This document shows positions 1-11,900 of a stretch of 64,000 bases of DNA, piece by piece (the first letter of the stretch is position 1; every line of letters begins with the position of its first letter). Origin of the DNA: Podarcis erhardii (taxonomy: Eukaryota). Position numbers and translations under genes: made by a program. The DNA is taken from NCBI GenBank assembly GCA_964252035.1, contig OZ176201.1. One strand, 5' to 3'. A model generated the notes under the pieces. That model searched no databases. It was not told the DNA's origin and was given only the letters and a program-made list of their open reading frames with translations.

Positions 1-2005
1 AGGAATGCCGCATCAAAGAGATCTTCAGTGCAACAGCATTATGTGAAAGAACCTCAAGAGGCACCGAACTAATAAAATTTTGCAAAGCACTCAGAAGTGT
101 TAATTGCTTTTTAGTGTGTATTCCGGAACGCTGGTACAATAGGCTATCAAATTGTAAGGAAACCAATAATGACTCCTTTTTAAGTGCTTGTTGTGGAGAT
201 CCACCCCCACCCCAAAAGACATTTGTTTAAAGCAACTCCATCACTGAGAACTTATTTATTACGTTCTTTGAGACTGTTTGCATACTGTTCATTAAACCTC
301 CATTAGGCTGCAAACTTATAGCCACATCTGGCAACAACTTTCTGTAAAATCAAAGGAACTTCCTTCTGCTAGACATGTACAGCATGCTATCTTATTAAAC
401 TGATGAGATCTTGATGAAGCACATATTCACGATCTTTTATTTCCTGGATAAGAGAACTTGGACAAGCTAACTGGTATTTGAGGACATATTACCAACATTT
501 CCCCCTTGTCTGGCTCTGAAAGGGGTCCAGGCAGAAGCACTTTTGCAGTGGTACCAGCCTGAGACCAGTTTCAGCTGAGCCAGGACATGCTTGCCAGGAC
601 ATGTGGAGGCTATTTAAGGCCTGCTTCCTCCTCCAGCTTTCTCTGAAAATGATGCAGCAGCCAGCCCACCCTCACAGTATGCAGAGGAAGATGATCTGGT
701 CGCCAGAGTTGGGGCCATGTCAGATTCTTTTGTTCTCTCCTTTTATTTACTCAACTTTATTTACTCAAAAGACAATGTGGATGCATAAATTGTTAACAGC
801 TCCACCAAATTTGGGATTTTGTAGTTTTAACTCTGCAGGACAAGTTATTTTTAAGTCCACAGGTTTCAATGATTATAACACAAGAAAGGAGATTTGGCTT
901 GAAAGGATTAAACTATCACAGGTACGAAAAAGTGTCCAACACATCCTATACCTGGAAATAGGTAGGATGCATTTCTTTTAAATCCCAAACCTTACTGTGC
1001 TCTCACCAAGTACCACTGTTTCCCAACCACCAGCAGGGCATATTAGAGAGATGGGAAAGGATGGAGGGCTAAATATTTGATCTGAAACTCCTTGTATCTA
1101 GTTGTAAAATATTTGGACCTTGTGAAATTTTGTTTCAAGCATGGGCTGAGAAGGAATGGGGTAATGGCATAGGATAAATCCTATGAAGGTTCATTACTGA
1201 TCTCTTTGGAAATTGGAGGACCTACATGGCTAATCATAGCCATTCAGTGCATTTAAGTATAATATTTGGGCAACACATGAGGTCAAAGGCGCTTACTCTT
1301 ATTGACAAAGGTTTAGCAAGTTGGCTTCTTTAGGACTGGGTGGGTCATCACATATTAAATATATTCATGGTGAAGCAGTTCTTGCCACACTCCATCAAAC
1401 CCAATTTACCAAGAGATTTGTACCATTAGTAGTAACCATCAGTAAATCGGGAACTTATTGGCCTGCAACATCTGTTGATTTCAATTTAAAAAATGCTGGT
1501 AGTGAGATCACTATGATGCTTCCTTTGGATAATGAATACAGATTGCCAGGTGTTGGCACTGAGGGGTTTTTTCCTTTTCTTTGGGTTGTTCTCTTCTTCA
1601 AAACAAAAATGGGGAATTTATACAACAGACAGAAAACAGTACTTAAACAACAATCAAATTAATCACCAAATTATGACAATAATGTTAAAAAATGAAAAGG
1701 CAATCGCTTAGCAACCATCCAAGTAGCTCAGAAATGCCAACAATGTAAATTTAATTAGCTATTAAATTTGTTTAGATGCTCTGTCTAGACTTTCTATTTT
1801 CTTAATATAAAACTAGCTTTAAGAAAACCGAACAAGTAAGTGTTTTTCATCTTGTCTGTCAAGAAAATTCAGATTATGGCCAATACTATGCAAACACATC
1901 TCAAAAAGTATTATTATTACTAATAATGTGCTACTATTTACTACATAATTGGAACTCAAATGTACAAGCTGCATTGTCATTCCTTGTTCTTCTATTCTAT
2001 TATAA

Positions 2006-2128
2006 CTTTCCCCAAACTGTGTCTATCCTGATTTTTTGACTACAACTGTCATCATCCCTGGCCATTGGCCATGTTGGCTAGGGCTGTTGGGAGTCAACAA
2101 TGTCTGAGGCACCAGGTTGGGAAGGCTG
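2006..2128. mobile_element. Degraded palindromic hAT-type MITE (ACTACAACTCCCATCATCCCT family)
   Basis: Contains gactacaactgtcatcatccctggcc...ctagggctgttgggag, similar to the intact copy at 10182-10317. Confidence 0.55.
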
Positions 2129-2877
2129 ATCTGTTACATTTATCTTGCTTTCAGGCCAGGGCCTTTTTAAATAGTAGCAAACCAGCAGGACCCTGACCAA
2201 ACATACCTAGAAATAAGCATCATTGAATTCTGTGGGATTTACTGGAGTCTTAGGTAATTGGAAGCAACTCTTATTCCCCACAAACCATGAGAAAGCTTCT
2301 CAAAAATTAGGTGAAATTAAATTGATTGCCAGTAGATTCAGGTCAGACAAAAGAATGCAGTGCCTCATGTATAGTACACAGTGTGCCAAAAGCAGAGTTC
2401 AGGAGTGAACAAAGTGGCTCCTGAGATTATAACTGTATCATTTACACAAATACGATGCAGCTATCAATTTAGGTTTCAGTTGTTCCATCGCTCTCCTCCA
2501 TGGAAACTCACTGTTTGCTGCTGAATGGGAACAAACATAAATTGGGTTTTCTCTGGACAGACATTTGTTTTGATTCAGTGGTAAACATTGGGTTTTCCTG
2601 AGGAAAGCAGCAGGCCAAACGAAAAACCTCTGGAACCTGTGTCTAGAAAGCACAGGGCAAGAGGAAATGTGGATGACTTTGAAGTGAAGACACATATTGC
2701 ATTTCCCCCAATCTCATTATATCATCAGATACGAAGTTTGGGATAAATGCAATTCCACTCTCCCCAGGCTAAACCCACCCACCTACCGTTGTGGTTCATC
2801 AGATCAAATATTTGCTTCCATTTTCTGCACCAGCAGAAAGGAGAAGTGCCAAAATCCAGTCAGATTTAGATCTGGAC

Positions 2878-2993
2878 CAGTGTTGGGTCTCTAGCTGTTT
2901 TTGAACTACAACTCCCATTATCCCTAGCTAGCAAGTCAGGGGTGATGGGAATTGTAGTCCAAAAACAGAGATACCCAAGTTTGGTAAACACTG
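2878..2993. mobile_element. Palindromic hAT-type MITE
   Basis: CAGTG...CACTG ends; internal inverted actacaactcccattatcccta / ggggtgatgggaattgtagt; 8-bp flanks atctggac / ggctggac (6/8). Confidence 0.75.
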
Positions 2994-3582
2994 GGCTGGA
3001 CTATGCAACACTTAAAGGAAACTGAAAATGGTCTCTACTTCACAGACTGTCTGCAAGCATGCTGACATATAGCATCTGCATTCATCAACTTCCTGGTGAC
3101 AGCTGGTATGGAAATTATCCATAGCAGGCAGAAGACTCAGGTAGTGGTATTACACATTCGGGAAGAGACTATCCCCAGATGCTGTTATGTCATGCAGGCA
3201 ATGCGTTGTGGAGTGGGTCTTCTTCACTTTGAAGTGAGGAACAACTTGTTTGCTTGAGATGTCTTTGTTCGGGGGAAACATTCATTAAACTAATTGCCTG
3301 AATGAAGACTGCAGAAACAAAACAAGGCTCAGATTATCCGTAAAGGTAGTGAAGGAGGCAAAAGAATCGAAACAACATTGCTCAGGTTAGACTCATCAGT
3401 GGAAAGGAGAAAAGAAAGATAGATGCATTGTAAAACTTGCTAATAAAAATGGTATTAAGCATAAGGATTATGGAAATTAAGGGGGGGGGGACCAAAACTC
3501 ATGTAGGGAATATAAAAGGTCTACTAAGTAAAATATGTGTGGACATCAAAGTTGTCTGTCAGATAAAGCACAAACACAGAGA

Positions 3583-3930
3583 AAAGTTTTTTCTCCCTCC
3601 AAACACTGGAACTCGTGGATATCCAAGGAAGCTGACTGTTGAGTGATCCAGAAAGTACAGCGTATAGTTTAACTATGGAACGCACTCCAAACAGGAACCA
3701 ATCACGGCCACTAACTTTGATGGCTTTAAAAGAGGAGTGGACAAATTCATGAAGGAGGAAAGGACTGTCGGTGGCTACTGTCAGAATGGCTAGGTTGAAG
3801 CAGCAATGCTTCTAAGTCCCAGTTGCTGGGAAGCACAGGAGGAGACAAAACTCTTGTCCTCAGGTTCTGTTTGCTGGTTTCCCACAGGCAGCTGTTTGGC
3901 CACTGTAAGAACAGAATGCTGATGCCCTAG
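3583..3930 (+). mobile_element. CR1 LINE 3' fragment
   Basis: Remnant of the CR1 ORF2 C-terminus (TRGYPRKL...LWNAL...NFDGFKRGVDKFM) followed by a CR1-type 3' UTR. Confidence 0.75.
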
Positions 3931-4003
3931 GTGATGGGAAAACCCCTGCAGCGCTGAGACTGGAGGGCAGCTGTGCCTGGGGAACCACCAGCCCCCTGGA
4001 GCA

Positions 4004-4023
4004 GTGTGTGTGTGTGTGTGTGT
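4004..4023. repeat. (TG)n microsatellite
   Basis: Direct reading. Confidence 0.9.
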
Positions 4024-4468
4024 GGGCACACACACACGTGCACACGCACATGCATGCACACACATGCTTTCTGGGGAAAGAGCCCTTCATCTCCTGGCAC
4101 TGGTTGCCCATGCCACTACAGCAGCTCTGGCAAGTGCCCTGTTCACGAGACGTCCCTCCCCATCATCATCTTCTCTTCTTCCCTTCCAGCCTCTGTGGGG
4201 TGGAGTCTGGCTTCACACCAACCACTGGCTGGAAGTGAACTTCTGCCTGCCCCACAAAATCCACTGCTCCATTCCCCTAGAAGCCATCATGAGGAGGCTC
4301 TCTGGTAATGTCCATCTTGGGTTGGGGTTTATAATAAAATAATGGTTGTTTTTTTGTGGCGCTTCCTGGTCACAGAGTGCTCTAGGCACTCTTCTAGATC
4401 TGCACTCAAGGGGAGGGGGACGCTTCTGGCCTCTGCTGTGAAACTGGAGCAGAGGGGGCAATTGTTGT

Positions 4469-4551
4469 GATTCCTGCATTGCCAGGGGTTTGGACTAGAT
4501 AGCTATTGGTGTCCCTTCCAATTCTACAATTCCATGTTCCTGTGATTCTAT
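4469..4551 (+). mobile_element. CR1 3' tail, interrupted by the hAT element at 4552
   Basis: gattcctgcattgccaggggtttggactagat...cccttccaattctacaattccatg...gattctat is a typical CR1 terminus; similar tails at 9012 and near 42860. Confidence 0.75.
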
Positions 4552-5254
4552 CAGCGGCGTAGCGTGGGTTATCAGCACCCGGGGCAAGGCAAGTAATTTG
4601 CGCCCCCCAACCCGGGGCAAGGCAAATAATTTGCGCCCCCTAACCCGGGGCAAGGCAAGTACAGTAATTTACTCTCCCAAGCAGCAGCAGCAGCGAGGCT
4701 TCTCTCCTTAATTGATTCCCCCTCCACACCGCGTCGTTTCCTGGCTGCTCCCCCCCCCCTTCCCCTCTCTCTCCTCCTCGCTCTGCTTGCCTTGCCCTGC
4801 CCTGCCTGAGGGCACCCTGAGGAGACTCCGCTCTCCTTTTTGACCAGGCGAGGTGGGAAAAAGGGGGGAAAGTCTCTTCCCGCCCCCTCGCCAGACTCCC
4901 TGCTCCGCTCGGCTCACTACCCAGGCGGCCAGTGGAAAGAGAGACGCAATTACCTCTCCCTCCGCTTCGCCAAGCTGTCAAAGCCCGGCAGCAGCGGCAA
5001 CGGCAGCAGCAGGCGCAGCCAGACCCCCGCGAGCCAGCCCGCCCGCCCGCCCGCCCGGCTTCCTCTCCTTTTTTTGCCAGCGGCAGAAGGCTTTGCTCTC
5101 CCCCTTCTGCGACCTCCTCGCCAAGCCGAGCGAGCGCGGGCTCCCTAACCAGTGGATTTTAGTAGGGGCAGAGAGCTGCTAGTGCGAGTGCGCCCCTGCC
5201 CAAGTTGCGCCCGGTGCGGCCGGCACCCCTGGCACCCCCCACACTACGCCACTG
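4552..5254. mobile_element. Non-autonomous hAT DNA transposon, 703 bp, GC-rich interior
   Basis: TIRs CAGCGGCGTAG / CTACGCCACTG; perfect 8-bp TSD GATTCTAT (4544-4551, 5255-5262); 33-bp subterminal repeat x2.6 (4577-4661); both ends match the 35217-35380 element in reverse orientation. Confidence 0.9.
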
Positions 5255-5681
5255 GATTCTATTATTCATTGTTTGCTTGGCCCTCCATAAACTGAGCTTT
5301 TTCAAAGAAAAGGAGGTGCATCTTAGCACAATATTTTCCACAAAGCTAACCCCTCTCTTATCATCACAGGAAGGAAGCTCTTGAGGGCTCTCATTATCAG
5401 CAAGTACTGTTAAAATCCAGTTAAAGATTCCCTCTTGATTTCAATGAGAATGTCGCTCAGACTCTGTAATGGTGGTCGAGCCCTCATCAAAATAAGCCCT
5501 CTTACTGAGTGCTCCTAGGTCAGAGTCCACCTTTCCCACTGACTCTTTCATTCTTCTTCACAGCATGCACTGTAAGATTACCATAATAGCATTGCTATCC
5601 CCTGGAATGCACCTCAAGCATTTGTTGCTTTCAGATTACTATACAAAGCAGGAGGAAATTCAAAAACTACATTTGTGAGAC

Positions 5682-5748
<67 letters not shown>
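5682..5748. repeat. Compound (GT)n(AG)n microsatellite
   Basis: Direct reading. Confidence 0.95.
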
Positions 5749-5752
<4 letters not shown>

Positions 5753-6920
5753 CAACAGTTCTGGCCCTCAGCAAAGAATTCAAACTTCCAGATCAGGTTT
5801 CTGCCCAAGACTTTAATGCTTAAATCAGGCACTATTACAATGTACAGCATGTGTACAAAAGAATACATGGCTAAGATACTGATTCTGCAGCACCTTCCTT
5901 TTGAAGGACAGGGTGGTCACAGCACTTAGTGCAGCAAATGGGTGGAGCCCAGTCAAGAGAATAGGCATTCCTCCAGGTGGGTTGATATGTGTTTATGCCG
6001 CAAGTGGCGGACCTTAGGGTCTTGAATTTCAGTGGCACCCAGTGTGAAGCCAAAATTTGGCCCCTCCCTCTTGCCTTCTATTCTAAATCATAGTTGAGGC
6101 ACCCCCTGCAGCGCCCCAAACCACTTGTGCTTCCCTGGATCTGCCTCTGATGCCAGTGCTGGCATCTCCATTTCCTTGGAGGTAGAAGCAGAGTTGACAC
6201 CAGCTCAACATCCAATTCACTCTCGTTGGCTGACAGGTGGAGGTTCTGGAGAAGGTTCTGATTAGAGGTGTCCAATGTCACTGGAGCAGAACATTCCTCT
6301 GCTATGCTGCATGGTCCCTCACCAGGATCCAGCTCACCACCGCCCACAGTACCAGCCCTGTCTCTGGACTCTGACCTCCCTTGGGTTCTGCCGACACTTC
6401 CCATCATTACACTGAGACTCTGTCCCGTGTGGTCCAGCTGCAGCAATCTGAGTCCCTGCCATTCTTCTCAGAAACAGACCATCTCCCCATGACACCTCCA
6501 CAGGACTCATGCCAGATACTGAGTACCAGCATCCCCTTCCTTCCTTCCTTCCTTCCTTCCACATTGAAAGATGTGATGTGGGAATGGGTCGAGGAGCTCT
6601 AGAGAGCGTGGAAATCCATATTATATGGATGAGTGGATGCCTTATGGTGCTCTGCATTAATCTCTGGAATTCAAAGAGGAGGCCATGGCCACATTCTCCA
6701 GAAGGAAGGGTATGGGAAACCATCCTGATGATTCTCCCCTGCACGGAGCAGCCTGTTAACTCCTCAAAGACTTCCTGTAGATCTTTTCAGGACGTTGGGC
6801 TGTGGACATTATACTATACACGCACGTTTCTAATGGAGTCCTAAGTAGCTCTTCCAGTAACACACAGCATGAATTTCCTGTGACCCTTTCCTTCCATCTG
6901 CATCCCCACAGTGTAACTAG

Positions 6921-7190
6921 CAGGCCTGGTCCACGCATGAGGCCAGGTGAGGAGACTGCCTCAGGTGGAAGGACCAACTTGGGTAGCAGATCCCAATGTC
7001 AATCTCTATTCAGGGCAGCCCCATCCAAGTGGCCAGGTGAGGCAACAGACTCAGGAAGCATCTACCAGGTCAGCTGTTCCCAGTGTTGATGCTTCTGATG
7101 TAGATCTTCCCTCGCCCCTACTTCCCTGGTGGGGAGGGGGCACCATTTTGGGTTCTGCCTCAAGTGCCCAAATGTCTTGGGCTGGCCCTG
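6921..7190. mobile_element. hAT-type MITE (CAGGGCCAG TIR family)
   Basis: Ends CAGGCCTGG / CTGGCCCTG; perfect 8-bp TSD GTAACTAG (6913-6920, 7191-7198); homologous to 45886-46143 and 47502-47870. Confidence 0.8.
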
Positions 7191-9011
7191 GTAACTAGGA
7201 ATCCCACAGTCTCCAGAAACAGATTTGGGGGGGGGGGTGTGCACAAGGAAGGAAGGGGTGGGAAAGCCCTGTTTTCTGAATGGAACACTGTTTGTTTCAT
7301 AGAAAAGAACCTAGCATCCAAGCCCAAAAGGGAAATAATTATTAGTAGCATAGTACTACTGGTGGTATAACTCCACATAATAAATTACTACTATGTATTA
7401 CAATGCAGCATTTGTGACAGAAGACACCCTTGAGACTTAAACTTATGCAACATTTATTAAATCAACATTCGTAAAGGGAGAGAGGAAACCTTTAAACCAT
7501 TGCTAATAATTCTAGTAAGAAGGAGCACACCAGAAGTGTGCAATGTGCGCCAGAAGGCCTACTATCAGTCAAAGACACATTAAAACATGCTACGATTAGC
7601 CTCCAAAGCAAGTACCCTCATTAACATTTCTCATGAAACTGATAAAACTCATCTGAAAGGGGGAAAAAAAGAATAACTGTTATTGCTACTATTTTTAAAT
7701 GCACCACCAGCAAAAATCAAATATCTCATTAAATGTTTCTGGCCAGCTTGACCATGCCAACTGAGAAGACAAAATCTGTGATATTGCTTCTCTTCTGGGA
7801 AGTGGAGAGAAAACTTTGGTGATGATACTTAGTGGCAGTTTCAGTAGTGTCAACTTAAAATGTAATTAAGAGGATGCTGTATTAATGAGAATGCTCCTCA
7901 GCTAATATGGCAATACATAAAAAGCACTAATATGAATGACTAGAGATCTCAGCAATTAAGAGGGTAAAATATACTTTGCAAACTGCATTTGAAAGTGTAC
8001 ATAAAACGATTCTGTCATTAACATTTCATACTCTGCTATGCAGTATATTTAACCCATGAGAGAAATGAAGTACAGTCCATTGGAATGTACTCAGGCAGAA
8101 TGGGGGGAAATCACTCAATACAGAGAAAACTGAGGATGCATAAATTATGCCTCTCGTTAAGAGAGGTTTAGCCCGTCTACCAAACTTCCACCTCCTGTCT
8201 CATTTATGATGATTTTCAGCTTTTAAACCCAATGGCTCCCTCTGTGGAGATATTTATTTTAAAGGGGTTACCCAAGGGATCTCTTCATTATGTATGTTCC
8301 TTTAGCACATGATGGATGGATGGATTTGGTGTGATGAGACTGCATCTCTCTCCCCCCCCTCTGCCGACTACTGTTTCTGCTCGGCACAAGAAATGCCTTT
8401 AATTTGGTATAAGGTTGCATGTCAATTCAATATAATTAGCCAAGGGTGAGAGGAGTCCAAGACTACAGCCATTCTCTAGGTACATGTGCAAGAAGCTAAC
8501 TCCTGGGGCGTTCTGAGCAAAGCAGCTTGAAAGCCTGACATGGATTAAAAAGTAAAACTGTTTTGTGAGGTGCTTTCATCCAAACGTTATGGAGCTGAGC
8601 AGTGTTATATCAACTGGTGCCCTCATCATCAGTTAGAAATTAGGTGCGTCCCAAACATGCCACCCTTCATTATGCTGCTCAAATTGCTTTCAAAGGGACA
8701 TGCAGTTGGACCAGCATAAGGAAAATTGGGAGTTCTTGGCAAGGGGTTCTTCAGAGCTCTAATGTTCAAAGTAATTGTTATTTTATATGCAGTTAGAGTG
8801 GTCAAACTGAATAATTCTCCCTTATTTATTGCAACTTTCCTTGCAGGTCTCCATAGAAATATGCAGCTTTAGTCTACGGTTCCAATGGGGCTGCAAGAAG
8901 AAACTGCAAATGAGAACAATGTCAGTATTTGCCCATCCTAACTCTCAGGGCAAGTACTGGAACATCATGTGAGTTCATGGATCCTGGCTTTGACCCACAT
9001 GTTGGGCTAAA

Positions 9012-9090
9012 GAATTCCTGTATTGCAGAGGGTTAGACTAGATAACCCGCATGGTCCCTTCCAACTCTACAATTTTAAGACTCTATGATT
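9012..9090 (+). mobile_element. CR1 3' tail fragment
   Basis: gaattcctgtattgcagagggttagactagat...cccttccaactctacaatt...ctctatgatt. Confidence 0.7.
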
Positions 9091-10181
9091 AGAATACATG
9101 TTGCCATTTAAAGAGGGAAGGGGACTTTACTGGCTGCCTGATCCTTCAACAGTTAAAAGTTTTACTGGGGATTTAAGGTAGTGCTGGGGCAATCTGCATG
9201 CACACATAGCTGCTGTACCACTGAGCTGAGGCTCTTTCTCCTTGTAATCTTATATAAATTTGCCCCAAAGTAAGTCTCACTAAGTTAAAAGAAATTCACT
9301 TTTAATGGTCTTATCCTTATTGCTATTGCAGTCTGATCCTTAACTGAACATTCCCTCCCTAATACACACACATCCTTTTAACCTTTTAGTCAGCAATTAA
9401 CCTCACTAATTACTAATTAAGAAAACCAGTTCATCAAAGATATGATGTTTAAGATTTGTGGCCAGTAGTAGCATCAGTAAATCCAAATTATCTGTTGACA
9501 TTTTAATCATTGGGGGGGGGGCTAAAAATAACCCCCAAACAAACCACACAGACTGCAGAATGCAATTCAGATCTTCATCCCCTGTCACAAAGACAAATCT
9601 AAACTAACTTGAAGTGCCCATAATAAAAGTCACTTTAAGAAGAATTATGAACTCCAAAAGGACAAGTCGCGGTCTTCCGATTCTGCTAGTGTGTCTAAAA
9701 AATTACAGAAAGAATAATGTTCTCTAGTTACTGTTGCAAGCCTTGAGAATTTAGCACTTTGGCAGCTACTCCGGGAAATAACCCAGAATAACAGGTAATT
9801 TGGCACAGATTTGAGGGTGAGGATAATAAACATTTTATCACTTATGAGAAGACTTCTTGTACATCAATGAAAGCTGAGCATCAGAAAGAATTAAATGCAG
9901 ACTGTCAGCCAGCCAGAATCTCCTACATATTCCAGCAAATCACTTTTGAACTGTACCAGTTTTGATGCAAGACATGCATCATAATATGGCATGTCCAGCA
10001 TAATATTAATAACACTTAGTATTTATATTTGTTCCGCACAATGTATGGTTGCCATATTTCAAAAAGTGAAAATCTGGGCACAAATTGCCCCAAAATCAAC
10101 ATTTCCGATATGGGCTGCCATATGCGCAGGTTTTCCAGGAAATTTTTCACCTACTTTGGGAGAGTGTTCAAAGGTGTAGGG

Positions 10182-10317
10182 CAGGCTTCCTCAACCTCAG
10201 CCCTCCAGATGTTTTGAGACTACAATTCCCATCATCCCTGACCACTGGTCCTGCTAGCTAGGGATCATGGGATTTGTAGGCCAAAAGCATCTGGAGGGCT
10301 GAGGTTGAGGAAGCCTG
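10182..10317. mobile_element. Intact palindromic hAT-type MITE, 136 bp
   Basis: Perfect 30-bp TIR CAGGCTTCCTCAACCTCAGCCCTCCAGATG; perfect 8-bp TSD GTGTAGGG (10174-10181, 10318-10325). Confidence 0.92.
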
Positions 10318-11133
10318 GTGTAGGGAGAGTGTGCTTTGCCTGTTTGTGATTTTGGCTTTATGTGCTATCCCTGCTCCTTCAAACACACCTGCATTGAAAT
10401 AGTTTTTAATTGTTCAATTCTTTGTTGTTTTCTGCCCTGGGTGTCCAGGAGTGGGGAGCAGGGAACATAAATTTAACTAATAAATAGTTAAATAAATAAG
10501 TTCATCAGTTCCTGCAATATTAAATCCCAAACATTTCCCCCTTAATGCTACATTAATATGCGTCCAAACCAGGAAAATGCATGTAAATACCAGCAGCTTC
10601 TGAAACATCAACATATTGTATCTTGCTTCTAAAGAGATCTTTTTGAAACTGCAGCTTCCCCACCACTGCCATTTTTACATGGATTATGCTCAAGAATAAG
10701 ATGCTTTAAATTACCCAATGACAGCTTTGAGTGTTGTTAATCAGACAGATGCTCTTTGACGTATGGATAATGCAGGAAATCTGCAAAGATGCAGTTGTTG
10801 CTGCCGCCACTGAACTAGTTAATTAATCCAGCAATAAACACAAACTTCATGTGGCTGCTTGAGATCATGGAAAATTTATTCCATGACCTATTTTAGATGG
10901 AAATCTCATTGGAGGTTGAGAAGATCTCATAGGAGGGCAAATCTATCTGAAACCCATGAGAAACATTTTAAATTTTGACGCAGTTTCACGTATTTGTTTA
11001 GTCTACTTAGTTTATTTTACCTAAAAACTTGATGTGTTAGATTAATAGTTCACCTAGCTCAGTGGTATCCAACACTAAGTCAAAGAACCAGTAGCTCTGG
11101 AGCATTGGAGACAGGCAGGTGTGACTTTTTGCC

Positions 11134-11290
11134 ACAACCCATGAAAATCAGCTTGCACACCAGGTGACTGGGAAATGGCCAATGTAATAACAATGTCAGA
11201 TAGTCTTTCCTGCCTAGGAATGCCTCGAAAATCCCACTGCCTATGATACAGCCTGTTGATAACTGCAGCCAAACCAAGTTTTCCAGAACA
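11134..11290 (+). mobile_element. Ancient CR1-type ORF2 fragment (N-terminus of RT region)
   Basis: Translates GDWEMANVIT, resembling the CR1 DWKxANVxPxFKKG motif. Confidence 0.5.
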
Positions 11291-11755
11291 ATACTCAGCA
11301 CGTATTTTGGCCAAATGGCCCATCCAACAGCAGAGTGGCAAGGAAAAAGGATGGCTTTTTACGTTTTAGTCTAGCACTTCAACTCTCCCTTTGATGCAGT
11401 CAGCACACTCTGTCCAGGTTAGCAATGGAAACTCCAAACCATTGACAGGGAACTATGTACACTTCTGGCATTCAACACCCGCCCCCCCCCCCCAAACTCT
11501 GCATTACTGTTTCTTGGTATTTTAGTTTTGTAAACTACCCTGAAATCATAACTGGTAAAGAGGGTGATATATAAAGTTCGAATGAATGAATGAATGAATG
11601 AATAAGAAAATTGGAGAACCCAACACATTATGTGTGTTGCCATCATCTTAAATATTCCGCCTTTGCTTCCCATTATACATTACATTAGAAGAACTGTGTT
11701 AAAAAGTGGGGGAGGAGGCTAATCCACAAACTAAATTACAGCAATGGCATTCATC

Positions 11756-11900
11756 CAACCCATGAAAATCACCTTGTATACAAGATGACTGGAAAATAGC
11801 CAATATAAGAACCATGTCAGAAATTTAAAAAGAAAAAAAAAATCTGAGGGAAGTGAGCATGTATTAAGTGACCACAGGAGTATCCTGGCAGAAATGTGTA
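11756..11900 (+). mobile_element. Second ancient CR1-type ORF2 fragment
   Basis: Translates QDDWKIANIRT; ~66-bp similarity to 11134-11199. Confidence 0.5.

Noticed and set aside
400-440. Other CTGATGA motifs (near 410, 12290, 56772) as hammerhead cores
   Set aside because: No stem II followed by GAAA and no stem I pairing.
4577-4661. 33-bp direct repeats as a CRISPR-like array
   Set aside because: Head-to-tail with no spacers, in eukaryotic DNA; subterminal repeats of a hAT element. The same applies to the CGCAAGACGAA motifs at 25790-27450.
6078-6492. Moderately GC-rich stretch with overlapping ORFs of 74-136 aa
   Set aside because: No recognisable homology, splice signals or TE hallmarks; possibly an old repeat, but I cannot support any call.
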